Shown here piece by piece: positions 21,161 to 31,243 of a DNA stretch of 64,000 nucleotides. The notes below the pieces were generated by a model, which saw nothing but the letters and a program-made list of their open reading frames with translations, did no database searches and had not been told where the DNA came from. Within the stretch, counting starts at the first letter, position 1. Every line of letters begins with the position of its first letter. Source of the stretch: an uncultured Candidatus Marinamargulisbacteria bacterium (GTDB lineage Bacteria > Margulisbacteria > Marinamargulisbacteria > CAZFTP01); assembly GCA_964521915.1 (NCBI GenBank), contig CAZFTP010000004.1, forward strand, positions 67,363 through 131,362, given 5' to 3'. The position numbers and the translations under genes are program-made.

Positions 21161-23485
21161 ATGAAAAAGAAAACTTTAATCTTATTAACTATAATTATAG
21201 CTATTTGTTTTTTTAAAAGTATCATTTTATGTGCACCATCCTTTGTAGATAACTTTCTTAAAACCGAAATTGGCGCTATCCCGTTAGGAATGGGCGGGGC
21301 ATATACAGCAATTGCTACTGATGACGATGCGTTTTTTTATAATCCAGCTGGTTTAGGTTTAAGTGGTATTGGAATTACTTATGAAATGAGTGATATTAAA
21401 AAAAATACCTATCAAAGATCAGATCATTATTCTTTAATTTTTAACCCAATTGGTTTTTCATATCGTACTAAAGCAGATACTTTAAATTTTGCGGAAACTT
21501 ATAATTATGCTTTTGGCTATAAAGGCTATAACGGAGTTAACTGGGGTATTAATTATAAAACAGTTAAAACGTCTGGTTCACAAAATAAAAATGGGTGGAG
21601 TTTTGATCTTGGTCTTTTAGTTAACTTTACCCGTAATTTTAATTTTGGTGTGTTATTGCAAGATTTTTGCCAAGATAGTTTAACGGTAAATATGACGGTT
21701 AGACCTGGTATTGCTATTTTTACCGATGACAAAAATTTAACTTTTGCTAGCGATTTTGTTGCCAGATCAAATACCGATTGTTATTTAAACTTTGGTATTG
21801 CCTACAATATTATTAATAATCTAACCTTAAGAGCAGGCTCTAATAACAATAAATTTACCGGGGGAATTAGTTTAAACTTAGGTATAATTAATGCTAATAC
21901 TGCTTTGGTAACTAACCCAAATAATCAACCAGACTATCTTTTTAGTGTTGCTTTAAAAACTGATTCTTTTTTAAGTACTAACCCTAATTTTTTAATTAAA
22001 GAAAAAACCTTTGCCGAAGTTAGAATAGATAATACTTTAGTTGAAGGTAAATCTGAAAATAGCTTTTTTGGTGGTTATAAGCTTGGCTCAAATGATTTAT
22101 TAACTAATCTATATCAAGCAAGAAATAATCGCAACTGTCAAGGTTTTTTAGTTCATATTGGTAACCTTAATACTAATCTAGCCAGTATTGGGTTAATACA
22201 AGAAATAAGAGAAGAATTACTAAAAGCCAAAAAAAGCGGAAAAATTGTTATTTGCTATTTAGAAGATTATGCTGGTTTAACAGAATATTATTTAGCTACT
22301 GCTGGTAATAAAATCATCATGCCAAGTTTAGGCTTATTAAGTCATTTAGGTATTGATGTTGAAGTAACAAAAACTAAAAAATACCTGGAAAATTTTGGTA
22401 TAGAAAAAAAAGTAATTACAGAAGGGAAATATAAATCATCTTTAAATCCGGATTCTAACCAAATGACTCAAGAAGAAAAACAACAAATTAATGAATTAAT
22501 AAGGAATCTTTATCAACAAGTAATTTACGATGTAGAATATCAACGTAATATACCTTTAGAAAAAATTGCGACTAATTTTGACGGTCGTTTAATAAGCGCG
22601 GAAAAAGCCAAAAGCCTTAATTTAATTGATGAACTAGGTTATTGGGACCAAGTTAAAGATACAGCTAAAAAACTAACAAAAGCACAAGAAATTAAAACCC
22701 TACCATTAACTTATTTTTTAGATGAAACCACTCCAGCTACCTTTTTACGATCTTTCAACAGAATTGCCGTAATAGAAGTTGACGGAGAACTAAAATTAGG
22801 CAAAAACTCTCATGATATTTTCTTTGGAGGTAAAGATACCGGTGCTGATGATATTGATAATTTGGTGGAAAAAATCAAGAATGATTTTACTATTAGAGGG
22901 GTAATTTTAAGAATAAATTGTCCGGGCGGAGATATTATTGCTTCTGATAAAATTTATACAGCAATTTCCAAACTAAAAAAAGCCAATAAAAAAGTTTATG
23001 CTTCAATGGGTGATATTGCGGCTTCCGGCGGTTACTACATTGCTTTAAGCGCCAATAAAATCTATGCTAACCCTGCAACTTTAACCGGTAGTATTGGTGT
23101 AATTTCAGCCTTTAAAAATTATACGGAATTATACAAAATTCTCGGTATTGATGTAGATGTTATTAAAACCGGTAAATATATGGACATGTTTTCACAAAAC
23201 AAAAAAATGACTAAAGAAGAAGAAACTATGTTTAAAGAACTACAAAAAAAACATTACGATTATTTTGTAACTAAAGTTGCTGAAAACAGAAAAATTCCGG
23301 AAAAGGAATTAACCGAAATTTGCCAAGGGCAAATTTTTACCGGAGATCAAGCTCAAAAAATAGGCTTAGTTGATAAACTTGGTTCTTTTAATGATGCTAT
23401 TACTGATTTAAAAGCCGAAGTTGCTATTATTGGGGACCCTATTTTAATTTTTTATCGTAATAACTATGAGTCTGTCGCGAAATGA
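21161..23485 (+). CDS. sppA: signal peptide peptidase SppA (tandem S49 domains) with an approximately 330-aa N-terminal extension
   Basis: Two S49 repeats, the second with the GDIAASGGYYIALSANKIYANPATLTGSIGV catalytic region. N-terminal signal peptide plus a beta-rich extra domain. Confidence 0.7.
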   Translation: MKKKTLILLTIIIAICFFKSIILCAPSFVDNFLKTEIGAIPLGMGGAYTAIATDDDAFFYNPAGLGLSGIGITYEMSDIKKNTYQRSDHYSLIFNPIGFSYRTKADTLNFAETYNYAFGYKGYNGVNWGINYKTVKTSGSQNKNGWSFDLGLLVNFTRNFNFGVLLQDFCQDSLTVNMTVRPGIAIFTDDKNLTFASDFVARSNTDCYLNFGIAYNIINNLTLRAGSNNNKFTGGISLNLGIINANTALVTNPNNQPDYLFSVALKTDSFLSTNPNFLIKEKTFAEVRIDNTLVEGKSENSFFGGYKLGSNDLLTNLYQARNNRNCQGFLVHIGNLNTNLASIGLIQEIREELLKAKKSGKIVICYLEDYAGLTEYYLATAGNKIIMPSLGLLSHLGIDVEVTKTKKYLENFGIEKKVITEGKYKSSLNPDSNQMTQEEKQQINELIRNLYQQVIYDVEYQRNIPLEKIATNFDGRLISAEKAKSLNLIDELGYWDQVKDTAKKLTKAQEIKTLPLTYFLDETTPATFLRSFNRIAVIEVDGELKLGKNSHDIFFGGKDTGADDIDNLVEKIKNDFTIRGVILRINCPGGDIIASDKIYTAISKLKKANKKVYASMGDIAASGGYYIALSANKIYANPATLTGSIGVISAFKNYTELYKILGIDVDVIKTGKYMDMFSQNKKMTKEEETMFKELQKKHYDYFVTKVAENRKIPEKELTEICQGQIFTGDQAQKIGLVDKLGSFNDAITDLKAEVAIIGDPILIFYRNNYESVAK

Positions 23486-23646
23486 GAAATTTTTTCAAAA
23501 TAGAAGGCATAAATTAATTTTTGACTCGGAGTTTATGTTTATAAATGAGTACCAAAAATTAATTTTAACGCACTAGTTTGGAAAAATAGCCATTTGGCGA
23601 CAGACTCACTATTAATAAAAACCTTTTTTAGTTATAATAAATAACA

Positions 23647-24390
23647 ATGAAACAAACACTTATTTGGGAGACTTTTAAAGCTAGCTTTAAATTAATAATT
23701 AAAGATTATATTATTTTTACTCCTTACCTTTTCTTATTCTTAGGCTTAAATTTAGCAAACCAAGTTTGGCATTTTCAAAATAATTTAGAGTTTTTAACCT
23801 TGAAAAATTTTTCTTTATTAAGTTTAATTTGGCTTATCAGCTTAATTTTTGAAGGTTATATTCTAGCTATGGCAAAATCATTAGAAGAAAATCAACATAT
23901 CAGTATTTTTGCCAGCTTTAAATATTTAATGAAAAAAGTTTTTAGTTTATTAATTAATGGCTTACCTCTTTATTTAATTATGGTTTTATGTCTTAAATAT
24001 ATTTATATATTTTCTAATTCAACCAGCTTTAACATTAAACAAATATTGTTTTTCTTAATTCTACTAATAATAATTTTCTTAGTTAGTTTTATTAATCAAT
24101 TTTTACCGATAATTATTATTGCTGAACAAAATAAAAAATGGTGGCAGGTTTTTTTAATTACCGTGAATTTTTGTAAAACTCATTTTTTGAAAATTCTTCT
24201 ATTCTTATTATTTGTTGTTCTGATTGCTTTAATAATGTTTTTAGCTTCCTCAATTTTAGAGGCAATCCCTTGGATGGGTAAGACTATATTAACAGCAATA
24301 TTGCAAGCACTTACCAATACTTTTATTACGGTCTTTACTTATAAATTCTATCTACGAATAAATAATAAAATTAACGTAGTTATACACTAA
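23647..24390 (+). CDS. hypothetical multi-pass membrane protein
   Basis: 247 aa with about 6 hydrophobic helices. Confidence 0.4.
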   Translation: MKQTLIWETFKASFKLIIKDYIIFTPYLFLFLGLNLANQVWHFQNNLEFLTLKNFSLLSLIWLISLIFEGYILAMAKSLEENQHISIFASFKYLMKKVFSLLINGLPLYLIMVLCLKYIYIFSNSTSFNIKQILFFLILLIIIFLVSFINQFLPIIIIAEQNKKWWQVFLITVNFCKTHFLKILLFLLFVVLIALIMFLASSILEAIPWMGKTILTAILQALTNTFITVFTYKFYLRINNKINVVIH

Positions 24391-25258
24391 TAATTTCATA
24401 TTTTGGTTCTAACCGTAAAGGCTGATACGATTCTTTTGCTTGCTTAAGTGATGGTAAACCCAAATCCTCTTCTAAATTAACTAATTCAAATTTTTCAAAA
24501 CTAATTTTACAAGCCAAATTTAAAAGGACTTGGTAAATACCTCTTATCTCGGTATTAGCAAAAAAATAATGAATACAAACTGTTTTATGGTTCAATTCTG
24601 AACCTAAAATAAAACCCTGAACTTTATTTTCTAATAATAAAACTCCGCCATAAAAAGGGATTTTTGGAATTAAAGTAAAAACATCAGTTAAAATTTTTTT
24701 TTGAAAACCTAAAGTAAGATGGTCATTATCATTTCTAAAATTCAACCAATTATCAAATAATTCTATTACTTGATCTTTCAAACTCACAGAAATTTCCTGA
24801 TAACCATAATTTGGATACAACCGCCTAAATTTGTTAATATGGTTTCTTTTGGCATCAAACTTTCTGCCTTTTAAATCTGCTAATTCTTTTCTTAAATAAA
24901 GGTAATCATCATAAATTGATAAATGAATTATTTTAAAATTTTTACCATTAATTTTATTTACTAATAAGTTAGAAACATGTTTAATTTTAGGGCAATAATT
25001 AAAACAAATTGCTAAAGTTTCTTCTATTTTATTATTACCCACTGGTTCTAAAAAAAATGGTTCATCAAAATCAGGATTCATGAAAAAACATAAATTATCG
25101 TTAATTAAGGTTATACGCGTATTTTCAATATTACGCCAAGAAAATAAATTAGCTAAAGCTAATTCACAATTCAACGGCTGATATTTTTCCAAAAACTCAG
25201 CAATAATTTCGAGATGTCTTAATTCTAAAAATGTAAAATTAGGATAATGAGGTATCAT
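24380..25258 (-). CDS. DUF2156-like protein (MprF C-terminal, lysyl-phosphatidylglycerol-synthase-like domain)
   Basis: 292 aa. Motifs ANLFSWR and KRNHINKF resemble stand-alone LPG_synthase_C/DUF2156 proteins. Sits next to a GNAT gene. Confidence 0.4.
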   Translation of the reverse strand: MIPHYPNFTFLELRHLEIIAEFLEKYQPLNCELALANLFSWRNIENTRITLINDNLCFFMNPDFDEPFFLEPVGNNKIEETLAICFNYCPKIKHVSNLLVNKINGKNFKIIHLSIYDDYLYLRKELADLKGRKFDAKRNHINKFRRLYPNYGYQEISVSLKDQVIELFDNWLNFRNDNDHLTLGFQKKILTDVFTLIPKIPFYGGVLLLENKVQGFILGSELNHKTVCIHYFFANTEIRGIYQVLLNLACKISFEKFELVNLEEDLGLPSLKQAKESYQPLRLEPKYEIISV

Positions 25259-25667
25259 TTGTTTTTACCAACAAAAAACAATTTTCCGGTTCACATTGAT
25301 GGCACTGATACATTTCCTGTTTTGGCAAATCTTGAGGTAAAAAGTCAGTAATTTTAAAACCAACTTTCTGAAAAAAATGAGGTACTATGGTATATAAATA
25401 AATCGGTTTAGTTAAATTCTCAACTAAATTTATTAAAAAAGTTTTACCGAATTTTCTATTTTGATAACCTGACCTAATACCAAAAGAATTAAGTAGAAAA
25501 AAATGAGGGTATTCACGTAATTCAGCAATACCAATAATTTCCTGATTTTTTTTAGCAACTACAAAATCTTTTATTTCTTGATAACCTGTATTTAAAGCTA
25601 AATCTAAATCTTTTAATATTTTACGAACAATAGGGTATTCTGTTTTAGTAATTTTTTCTATTTGCAT
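25239..25667 (-). CDS. GNAT family N-acetyltransferase
   Basis: 142 aa. Acetyl-CoA binding region QNRKFGKTFLINLVE. Confidence 0.5.
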   Translation of the reverse strand: MQIEKITKTEYPIVRKILKDLDLALNTGYQEIKDFVVAKKNQEIIGIAELREYPHFFLLNSFGIRSGYQNRKFGKTFLINLVENLTKPIYLYTIVPHFFQKVGFKITDFLPQDLPKQEMYQCHQCEPENCFLLVKTNDTSLS

Positions 25668-25681
25668 AATGTAAATATAAA

Positions 25682-25762
25682 TGCGCGAGAAGGGACTTGA
25701 ACCCCCACGCCAAAGGCACTAGATCCTAAGTCTAGCGCGTCTACCAATTTCGCCACTCGCGC
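25682..25762 (-). tRNA. tRNA-Leu (anticodon TAG), long variable arm
   Basis: Reverse complement GCGCGAGTGGCGAAATTGGTAGACGCGCTAGACTTAGGATCTAGTGCCTTTGGCGTGGGGGTTCAAGTCCCTTCTCGCGCA folds as a class II tRNA with anticodon loop CTTAGGA. Confidence 0.8.
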
Positions 25763-25813
25763 AAATTAGCTTTATTCTAGCAAAATGTAAAAAAAAATTA
25801 AATTACCCAAAAA

Positions 25814-26887
25814 CTAAAATAGATTTTTAAATTCTTGAAAAAGATAAGCTGAATCGTGAGGTCCGGGTGCGGCTTCCGGATGATATTGTACAGAAAAAGC
25901 CGGATATTTTTTTGATTTTATTCCTTCAATAGTTTGGTCATTCAAATTAACATGGGTAATAGCTATTTCAGATAAATTAATTGTTTCAGGGTCAATAGAA
26001 AATCCATGATTTTGCGAAGTGATTTCAATATGACCGGTTTTTAAATTCTTTACTGGATGATTCAAACCATGATGCCCGAATTTTAATTTATAAGTTTTTG
26101 CACCTAAAGCTATTCCTAATATTTGATGCCCTAAACAAATCCCGAAAATTGGTATTTTTCCTAAACAATTTTGCACTAAAGATATTACTTCTTTTACTGG
26201 TTCTGGATCCCCTGGTCCGTTTGATAAAAACAAACCCTGATATTTTTTCGTTAATATTTCTTCTGGTTTAGTATTATAAGGAAAAACTGTACAATTAAAA
26301 CCTTGTTGAGCCAACAATCGTAAAATATTAAATTTAATGCCACAATCTATTACTGCTATTGGTATTTTTTTATTTTCATTATTCCAATTAAATGACTCTG
26401 TTACTGAAACTTTTTTTACCAAATTTTGTCCGGTCATAGAAGGTTGTGTTTTAAGTTTTTGCAAAACAACTTCTATTGGGTCAGAAGAATTCGTAATAAT
26501 AGCTTTTTGCGCGCCTTTTTCTCGGATAAATTTAGTAAGAGCGCGGGTATCTAATCCCTCAACACCTAAGATATTGTTTTCTTCCAAATAAGTTTTTAAA
26601 GTTTTTTCACTACGCCAGTTACTTGGAAAATCAATATATTCTTTCACTAAAAAGGCTTCTAAAAAAATCTTTTTAGATTCTACATCTTCTTTATTAATAC
26701 CATAATTACCTATTAAGGGATAAGTCATCACAACAAATTGACCAGTATAGGAAGGATCTGTTAAAACCTCCTGATACCCTGTCATACCGGTATTAAAAAC
26801 TACCTCACCAAAACGTTCGCCATTTCCAGCAAAAACTTTTCCGGTAAATACCGTTCCGTCTTCAAAAATTAATTTTGCTTGATTCAT
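25814..26887 (-). CDS. carA: carbamoyl-phosphate synthase small (glutamine amidotransferase) subunit
   Basis: 357 aa. CarA N-domain plus class I GATase with the GICLGHQ catalytic Cys. Confidence 0.8.
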   Translation of the reverse strand: MNQAKLIFEDGTVFTGKVFAGNGERFGEVVFNTGMTGYQEVLTDPSYTGQFVVMTYPLIGNYGINKEDVESKKIFLEAFLVKEYIDFPSNWRSEKTLKTYLEENNILGVEGLDTRALTKFIREKGAQKAIITNSSDPIEVVLQKLKTQPSMTGQNLVKKVSVTESFNWNNENKKIPIAVIDCGIKFNILRLLAQQGFNCTVFPYNTKPEEILTKKYQGLFLSNGPGDPEPVKEVISLVQNCLGKIPIFGICLGHQILGIALGAKTYKLKFGHHGLNHPVKNLKTGHIEITSQNHGFSIDPETINLSEIAITHVNLNDQTIEGIKSKKYPAFSVQYHPEAAPGPHDSAYLFQEFKNLF

Positions 26888-26984
26888 TAAATGTTAATAA
26901 TAAGCTAAAAAAAGTTTTTGGTCAAAAATTTTTTCTTTTTTCTTTGTTTTCATAAATCAGACTTTGAATTATAATAAAATACCT

Positions 26985-27242
26985 ATGAATATAACAATAA
27001 TTGGTTTTATGGCAGGTACTATTACCACTATCGGTTTTTTCCCTCAAGTCATTAAAGCTTTAAAAACCAAAAATACTACTGATGTGGCAATTTTTATGCC
27101 AATTTTTCTTTCAATTGGTATCTTTCTTTGGTTTATATATGGAATATTAATAAATGATTGGCCAGTAATTATTGCCAATGTTATTTCCCTAATAGCTAAT
27201 GTATGGCTAATTATTCTTAAAATTCGCTACTCTCAGAAATGA
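26985..27242 (+). CDS. SemiSWEET sugar transporter (PQ-loop, single MtN3 unit)
   Basis: Approx. 85 aa with 3 TM helices. The FFPQVIKALKTK motif and the following LWFIYGIL..DWPVIIANV match bacterial SemiSWEETs. TATAAT lies just upstream of ATG 26985. Confidence 0.7.
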   Translation: MNITIIGFMAGTITTIGFFPQVIKALKTKNTTDVAIFMPIFLSIGIFLWFIYGILINDWPVIIANVISLIANVWLIILKIRYSQK

Positions 27243-28639
27243 ATATTTCAATAAAATCTAAAATTCCACAAAATTTGTTATTAATAGCTAAAAAAATTAC
27301 TACAGCTGGAGGCAAAGCTATTTTAGTAGGCGGTGCTACTAGAGATCTATTACTTGGCAAAACCTTAAAGGATTTTGATATTGAAATTTATAATATTTCT
27401 GATTTAAACGCATTAATAAATATTCTAAAACAATTTGGCAAAGTAAATGAAGTGGGGAAATCTTTTGCAGTTTTAAAATTTACTACTTCGGAGTTTGAAT
27501 GTGATTTTTCCTTTCCCAGATTAGAAAATAAAATTAGTAGTGGACATAAAGGGTTTATTATAACTCCTAAAATTGATATTGATTTTAAAACAGCCGCTGA
27601 ACGCCGTGATTTTACTATTAATAGTATGGGGATTGATCTAAATACCGAAGAATTTTTAGACCCATTTAATGGCAAAATAGATTTATTAATAAAGAAAACT
27701 TTAAGACATGTTGGTCCAAAATTTACTGAAGACCCTTTAAGGGTATTACGGGCTGTGCAATTTACAGCCAGGTTTAATTTAACTATTGCACCAGAGACTA
27801 TTGAATTAGCAAAAACCTGCGATTTAACCGAATTGCCAAAAGAACGGTTAATGGAAGAAATAAAAAAATTATTATTATTAAGCGAAAAACCATCTATTGG
27901 TTTAGAATACTTTCCTAAACTTGGTATTAGCAAAATTTTTCCAGAACTAACTGCGTTAATTGGTATACCTGAAGACCCTATTTGGCATCCGGAAGGAGAT
28001 GTATGGAAACACACTTTACTGGTCGTAGATGAAATGGCAAAACTTAAAACCGGTAATGAAAAGAAAGATTTGGTTCTAATGCTGGCGGCACTTACCCACG
28101 ATTTAGGTAAAGCCAATACAACCGCTTTTATAGATGAACGCTGGCGGTCAATTAATCACGAAGAAGAAGGCGTTGAACCCACAAAAACTTTTTTAAACAG
28201 ATTAACAAACGAAACCGATTTAATAGAAGAAGTTGTAACACTGGTAAAAGATCATCTTAAACCCGCTTTATTATATAAAGACAGTTTAAAAAATAAGGTT
28301 AAAGATAGTGCGATCAGACGTTTAGCCTTAAGAGTAAAAATTGACGATTTACTAAGAGTTTCTGCGGCAGATCATTTTGGCAGAAAAACAGAAGATGCCT
28401 TACTAAAAGAATTTCCGCATGGTGAATGGTTAAACAAAAGAGCCAGCGAACTTGAGGTAAAAGATACAAAACCTAAACCATTTTTATTAGGACGAGATTT
28501 AATTGAATTAGGTTTTAAACCAGGTCCTGATATGGGAAAAATATTAAAAGAATGTTTTGAATTACAGTTAGACGGAGTGCTAAAAACAAAAAATGACGCT
28601 TTAAATTATATTAAAAATAAGGTTAAGAACAATGGGTAA
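27239..28639 (+). CDS. cca: CCA-adding tRNA nucleotidyltransferase with HD domain
   Basis: PolyA-polymerase head LVGGATRDLLLG...DFDIEIY. HD motif LLAALTHDLGK. 466 aa. Confidence 0.8.
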   Translation: MNISIKSKIPQNLLLIAKKITTAGGKAILVGGATRDLLLGKTLKDFDIEIYNISDLNALINILKQFGKVNEVGKSFAVLKFTTSEFECDFSFPRLENKISSGHKGFIITPKIDIDFKTAAERRDFTINSMGIDLNTEEFLDPFNGKIDLLIKKTLRHVGPKFTEDPLRVLRAVQFTARFNLTIAPETIELAKTCDLTELPKERLMEEIKKLLLLSEKPSIGLEYFPKLGISKIFPELTALIGIPEDPIWHPEGDVWKHTLLVVDEMAKLKTGNEKKDLVLMLAALTHDLGKANTTAFIDERWRSINHEEEGVEPTKTFLNRLTNETDLIEEVVTLVKDHLKPALLYKDSLKNKVKDSAIRRLALRVKIDDLLRVSAADHFGRKTEDALLKEFPHGEWLNKRASELEVKDTKPKPFLLGRDLIELGFKPGPDMGKILKECFELQLDGVLKTKNDALNYIKNKVKNNG

Positions 28640-29210
28640 AATACTTGAATTTCCAAAACTAAAACTTTTTATTGGCGCGATCTTAAAAAATCCTAATAAT
28701 GAAGAGTTAATATCAATATTAGAAAAAGAATTTGGTAAGATTGATTATATTTCTGAAGCCTTGCCTTTTAATTATACTGATTATTACGAAGCAGAAATGG
28801 GGAAAAATCTTAATAAAATTTTTTATAGTTTTGAAAAATTATTAGATCCTAATCAAGATGATCTTAGCCAAATAAAAATTATTTCTAATAATATTGAAGA
28901 ACAATTTTTAGAAAATGAGAAAAGAATTATTAACCTTGACCCGGGCTTTATTTCTTTAAATAACCTTATGCTTTTAACTACCAAAAATTTTGGACATAGA
29001 ATACCGCTAAAAAACGGCATTTATATTGAAACCACCTTAATTTGGCAAAAAAAGAATTATCAGGATTTATTCTGGACTTATCCGGATTTTCGTAGTCCAG
29101 AATATAAAAATATTTTTAAGAAAATTAGAACAATTTATGGGGAACAGGCACTAGTGGGGCTCAGAAGACAGGAGACAGGAGACTGGAGTCAGGAGAAAAA
29201 AACAGGGTAA
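28632..29210 (+). CDS. hypothetical protein whose last approx. 23 codons are supplied by the intergenic repeat element
   Basis: 192 aa. The ORF runs into the repeat at 29141 and stops inside it at 29208. Confidence 0.45.
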   Translation: MGKILEFPKLKLFIGAILKNPNNEELISILEKEFGKIDYISEALPFNYTDYYEAEMGKNLNKIFYSFEKLLDPNQDDLSQIKIISNNIEEQFLENEKRIINLDPGFISLNNLMLLTTKNFGHRIPLKNGIYIETTLIWQKKNYQDLFWTYPDFRSPEYKNIFKKIRTIYGEQALVGLRRQETGDWSQEKKTG

Positions 29211-29325
29211 GGAGAGAAGCCCCTTAGAAATAATTCCTTCGCAAGGGGCTTTAGGGGACAAAGTCCCCTAATCTCTCTCGTTTCCCCAGGTGGCGAAGCT
29301 ACCTGGGGATACATAAAAAACCAAT
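29141..29325. repeat. Composite intergenic repeat element, second copy (GGAGACAGGAG repeats, AGGGGAC-AAA-GTCCCCT hairpin, CCCAGGTGGC-GAA-GCTACCTGGGG hairpin, ATACATAAA)
   Basis: Same modules in the same order as 8859-9125. Precedes a secreted-protein gene. Confidence 0.7.
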
Positions 29326-29463
29326 TTTGTTATTCTAAAATATTATTTCAACAAATTTGTAATAAATAAATTCTTTTTTACCTTCAACTAAACTGGCACA
29401 AATTTTGCATTAATACTGAAGTATGAGAACCTAGGTAAAAATTAAAAAAACAAGGAGTAAAAA

Positions 29464-30144
29464 ATGAAACATAAATTATTACTAATACTATTTTTGATAC
29501 TGATAGTTGGTAGGTTAGCAATGGCAACACCAAGTACCCAAATTTGGAACCCATCAACCGATATCCAGCCATATACTACAACTCATTTAGGAATAGATAA
29601 TTATTTTAATCCGTTACAAACTAATTACCCGATAGATTATGGTGTTACTTATGGTTTAATGCCTAATTTAGAAATAGGTATTGACGCTTTTTATCCGCAA
29701 AATAGTCCCTTAGTATTTAATATGAAATATGGTATTAAAGAAGGAGATCTATTACCTGCTATGGCTCTTGGTATTTATGGTGTTGGTACAAAAGTAGGTG
29801 TAACAGATCAAAACGTAGTTTATGCCCTGCTTGCTAAAACAATTTATATTAATCAATTTTCTATTGGTAGATTAACCGGAGGATATTTTGTAGGTAACAG
29901 ACAAATATTACTTAACCCTGAAGGCGCTCAAGATAATAATGGCGTAATCTTAACATGGGATAAAAGTGTAACTGATCAACTTTGGCTATGTGTAGACTAT
30001 TCTAGTACAAGATCTGCTATCGGAACATTTTTTTATGGCTTTTCTTGGAGTTTCACACCAAGTATCGGTGTACTTTGCGGTTATGGTACATATAATAATG
30101 GGAGTGATCAGGTTTATACAACTCAGTTAGATATTAATTTATAA
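29464..30144 (+). CDS. hypothetical secreted protein
   Basis: 226 aa. RBS AAGGAG. Signal peptide MKHKLLLILFLILIVGRLAMA. Gly/Tyr-rich. Confidence 0.5.
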   Translation: MKHKLLLILFLILIVGRLAMATPSTQIWNPSTDIQPYTTTHLGIDNYFNPLQTNYPIDYGVTYGLMPNLEIGIDAFYPQNSPLVFNMKYGIKEGDLLPAMALGIYGVGTKVGVTDQNVVYALLAKTIYINQFSIGRLTGGYFVGNRQILLNPEGAQDNNGVILTWDKSVTDQLWLCVDYSSTRSAIGTFFYGFSWSFTPSIGVLCGYGTYNNGSDQVYTTQLDINL

Positions 30145-30240
30145 GGGATAAAGCAATGATTTTCTTTGCTACTTTCTTTTTTCACAAAAAGAAAGTAGAT
30201 ATAAAATAAAAATTTTGTTTCTTTTAAAAAAAGAAAAAAA

Positions 30241-30300
30241 CGGATTGTTAAGGAGAGACCTTAAAGCCCTCACTAGCTGAGCAAAGCCTAATGGGTATAC
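30241..30300. repeat. Partial copy of repeat modules (GGATTGTTAAGG..., TGGGTATAC tail) upstream of bioB
   Basis: Shares the GGATTGTTAAGG block with 12361-12372 and the TGGGTATAC tail with 9110-9118. Confidence 0.45.
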
Positions 30301-30331
30301 TAAAAACTAAAATTGTTTTATACTTCACTTC

Positions 30332-31243
30332 ATGAAAAATAATCTTGATTTACTCCAAAAACCCTTATTTGAACTATTAGCAGAAGCAAATAAATTAAGA
30401 GAAAAATATCATCATGATCAACTTGATCTTTGCACAATTTTTAATGCTAAATCTGGCGCATGTACTGAAGACTGTAAATTTTGTGCTCAATCTTGCTTTC
30501 ACAAAACCAATATTGATATTTACGATTTAAAAACCGAAGATGAAATGATTACAGCGGCAAAACGCGCTAAAGAAATAGGTAGTAAACGTTTTGGTATTGT
30601 GACTAGTGGAAATTCTCTTAATGACGATGAAATTGATTTAATCTGCCGCATAATTCAAAAAGTTAAATCAGAACTAAATTTAGAAGTATGTGCTTCATTA
30701 GGAGCACTTAATTTACCTAAACTAAAAAAATTAAAATCCGCTGGGCTTAACCGTTATCATCATAACATTGAAACTAGCCCTAATTTCTACCGGCATATTG
30801 TTTCCACTCATAAATTTGAAGAAAGAATAAATACCGTAAAAGCAGTAAAAAAAGCAGGGCTTGAATGTTGTTCCGGCGGTATTATTGGTTTAGGCGAATC
30901 TTGGGAAGATCGTATTTCAATGGCAGAAACCCTAAAAGAACTTAATATCGACGCAGTTCCCATTAATTTTTTAATCCCCATTGCAGGTACTGCTTTAGAA
31001 AATCAAAAAAGCATTTCCATTGAAGATGCTTTAAGAACTATCGCAATTTTCAGAATAATCTTAAAAAATAAAGTAATAAAAGTTGCCGCTGGTAGAGAAA
31101 CCTTTTTAAAAGATTTCCAAGGCATGGCTTTTATGGCTGGTGCCAACGGTATGCTGATCGGTGGTTATTTAACCGTAAAAGGCAGATCACCGGAAGAAGA
31201 TCAAAAATTAATTTCGCAAATTAAAGAATTATGGATGAAATAA
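30332..31243 (+). CDS. bioB: biotin synthase (radical SAM)
   Basis: CTEDCKFCAQS radical-SAM cluster motif. 303 aa. Confidence 0.85.
   Translation: MKNNLDLLQKPLFELLAEANKLREKYHHDQLDLCTIFNAKSGACTEDCKFCAQSCFHKTNIDIYDLKTEDEMITAAKRAKEIGSKRFGIVTSGNSLNDDEIDLICRIIQKVKSELNLEVCASLGALNLPKLKKLKSAGLNRYHHNIETSPNFYRHIVSTHKFEERINTVKAVKKAGLECCSGGIIGLGESWEDRISMAETLKELNIDAVPINFLIPIAGTALENQKSISIEDALRTIAIFRIILKNKVIKVAAGRETFLKDFQGMAFMAGANGMLIGGYLTVKGRSPEEDQKLISQIKELWMK

Noticed and set aside
25814-26887. carA without an adjacent carB as a possible anomaly
   Set aside because: Separate carA and carB loci are common. The protein has full CarA features. Not a finding.
27388-28116. 242-aa ORF on the minus strand
   Set aside because: Lies entirely antisense inside the well-supported cca gene. 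Ser/Ile/Asn-rich composition is typical of antisense frames in AT-rich DNA. No start context.
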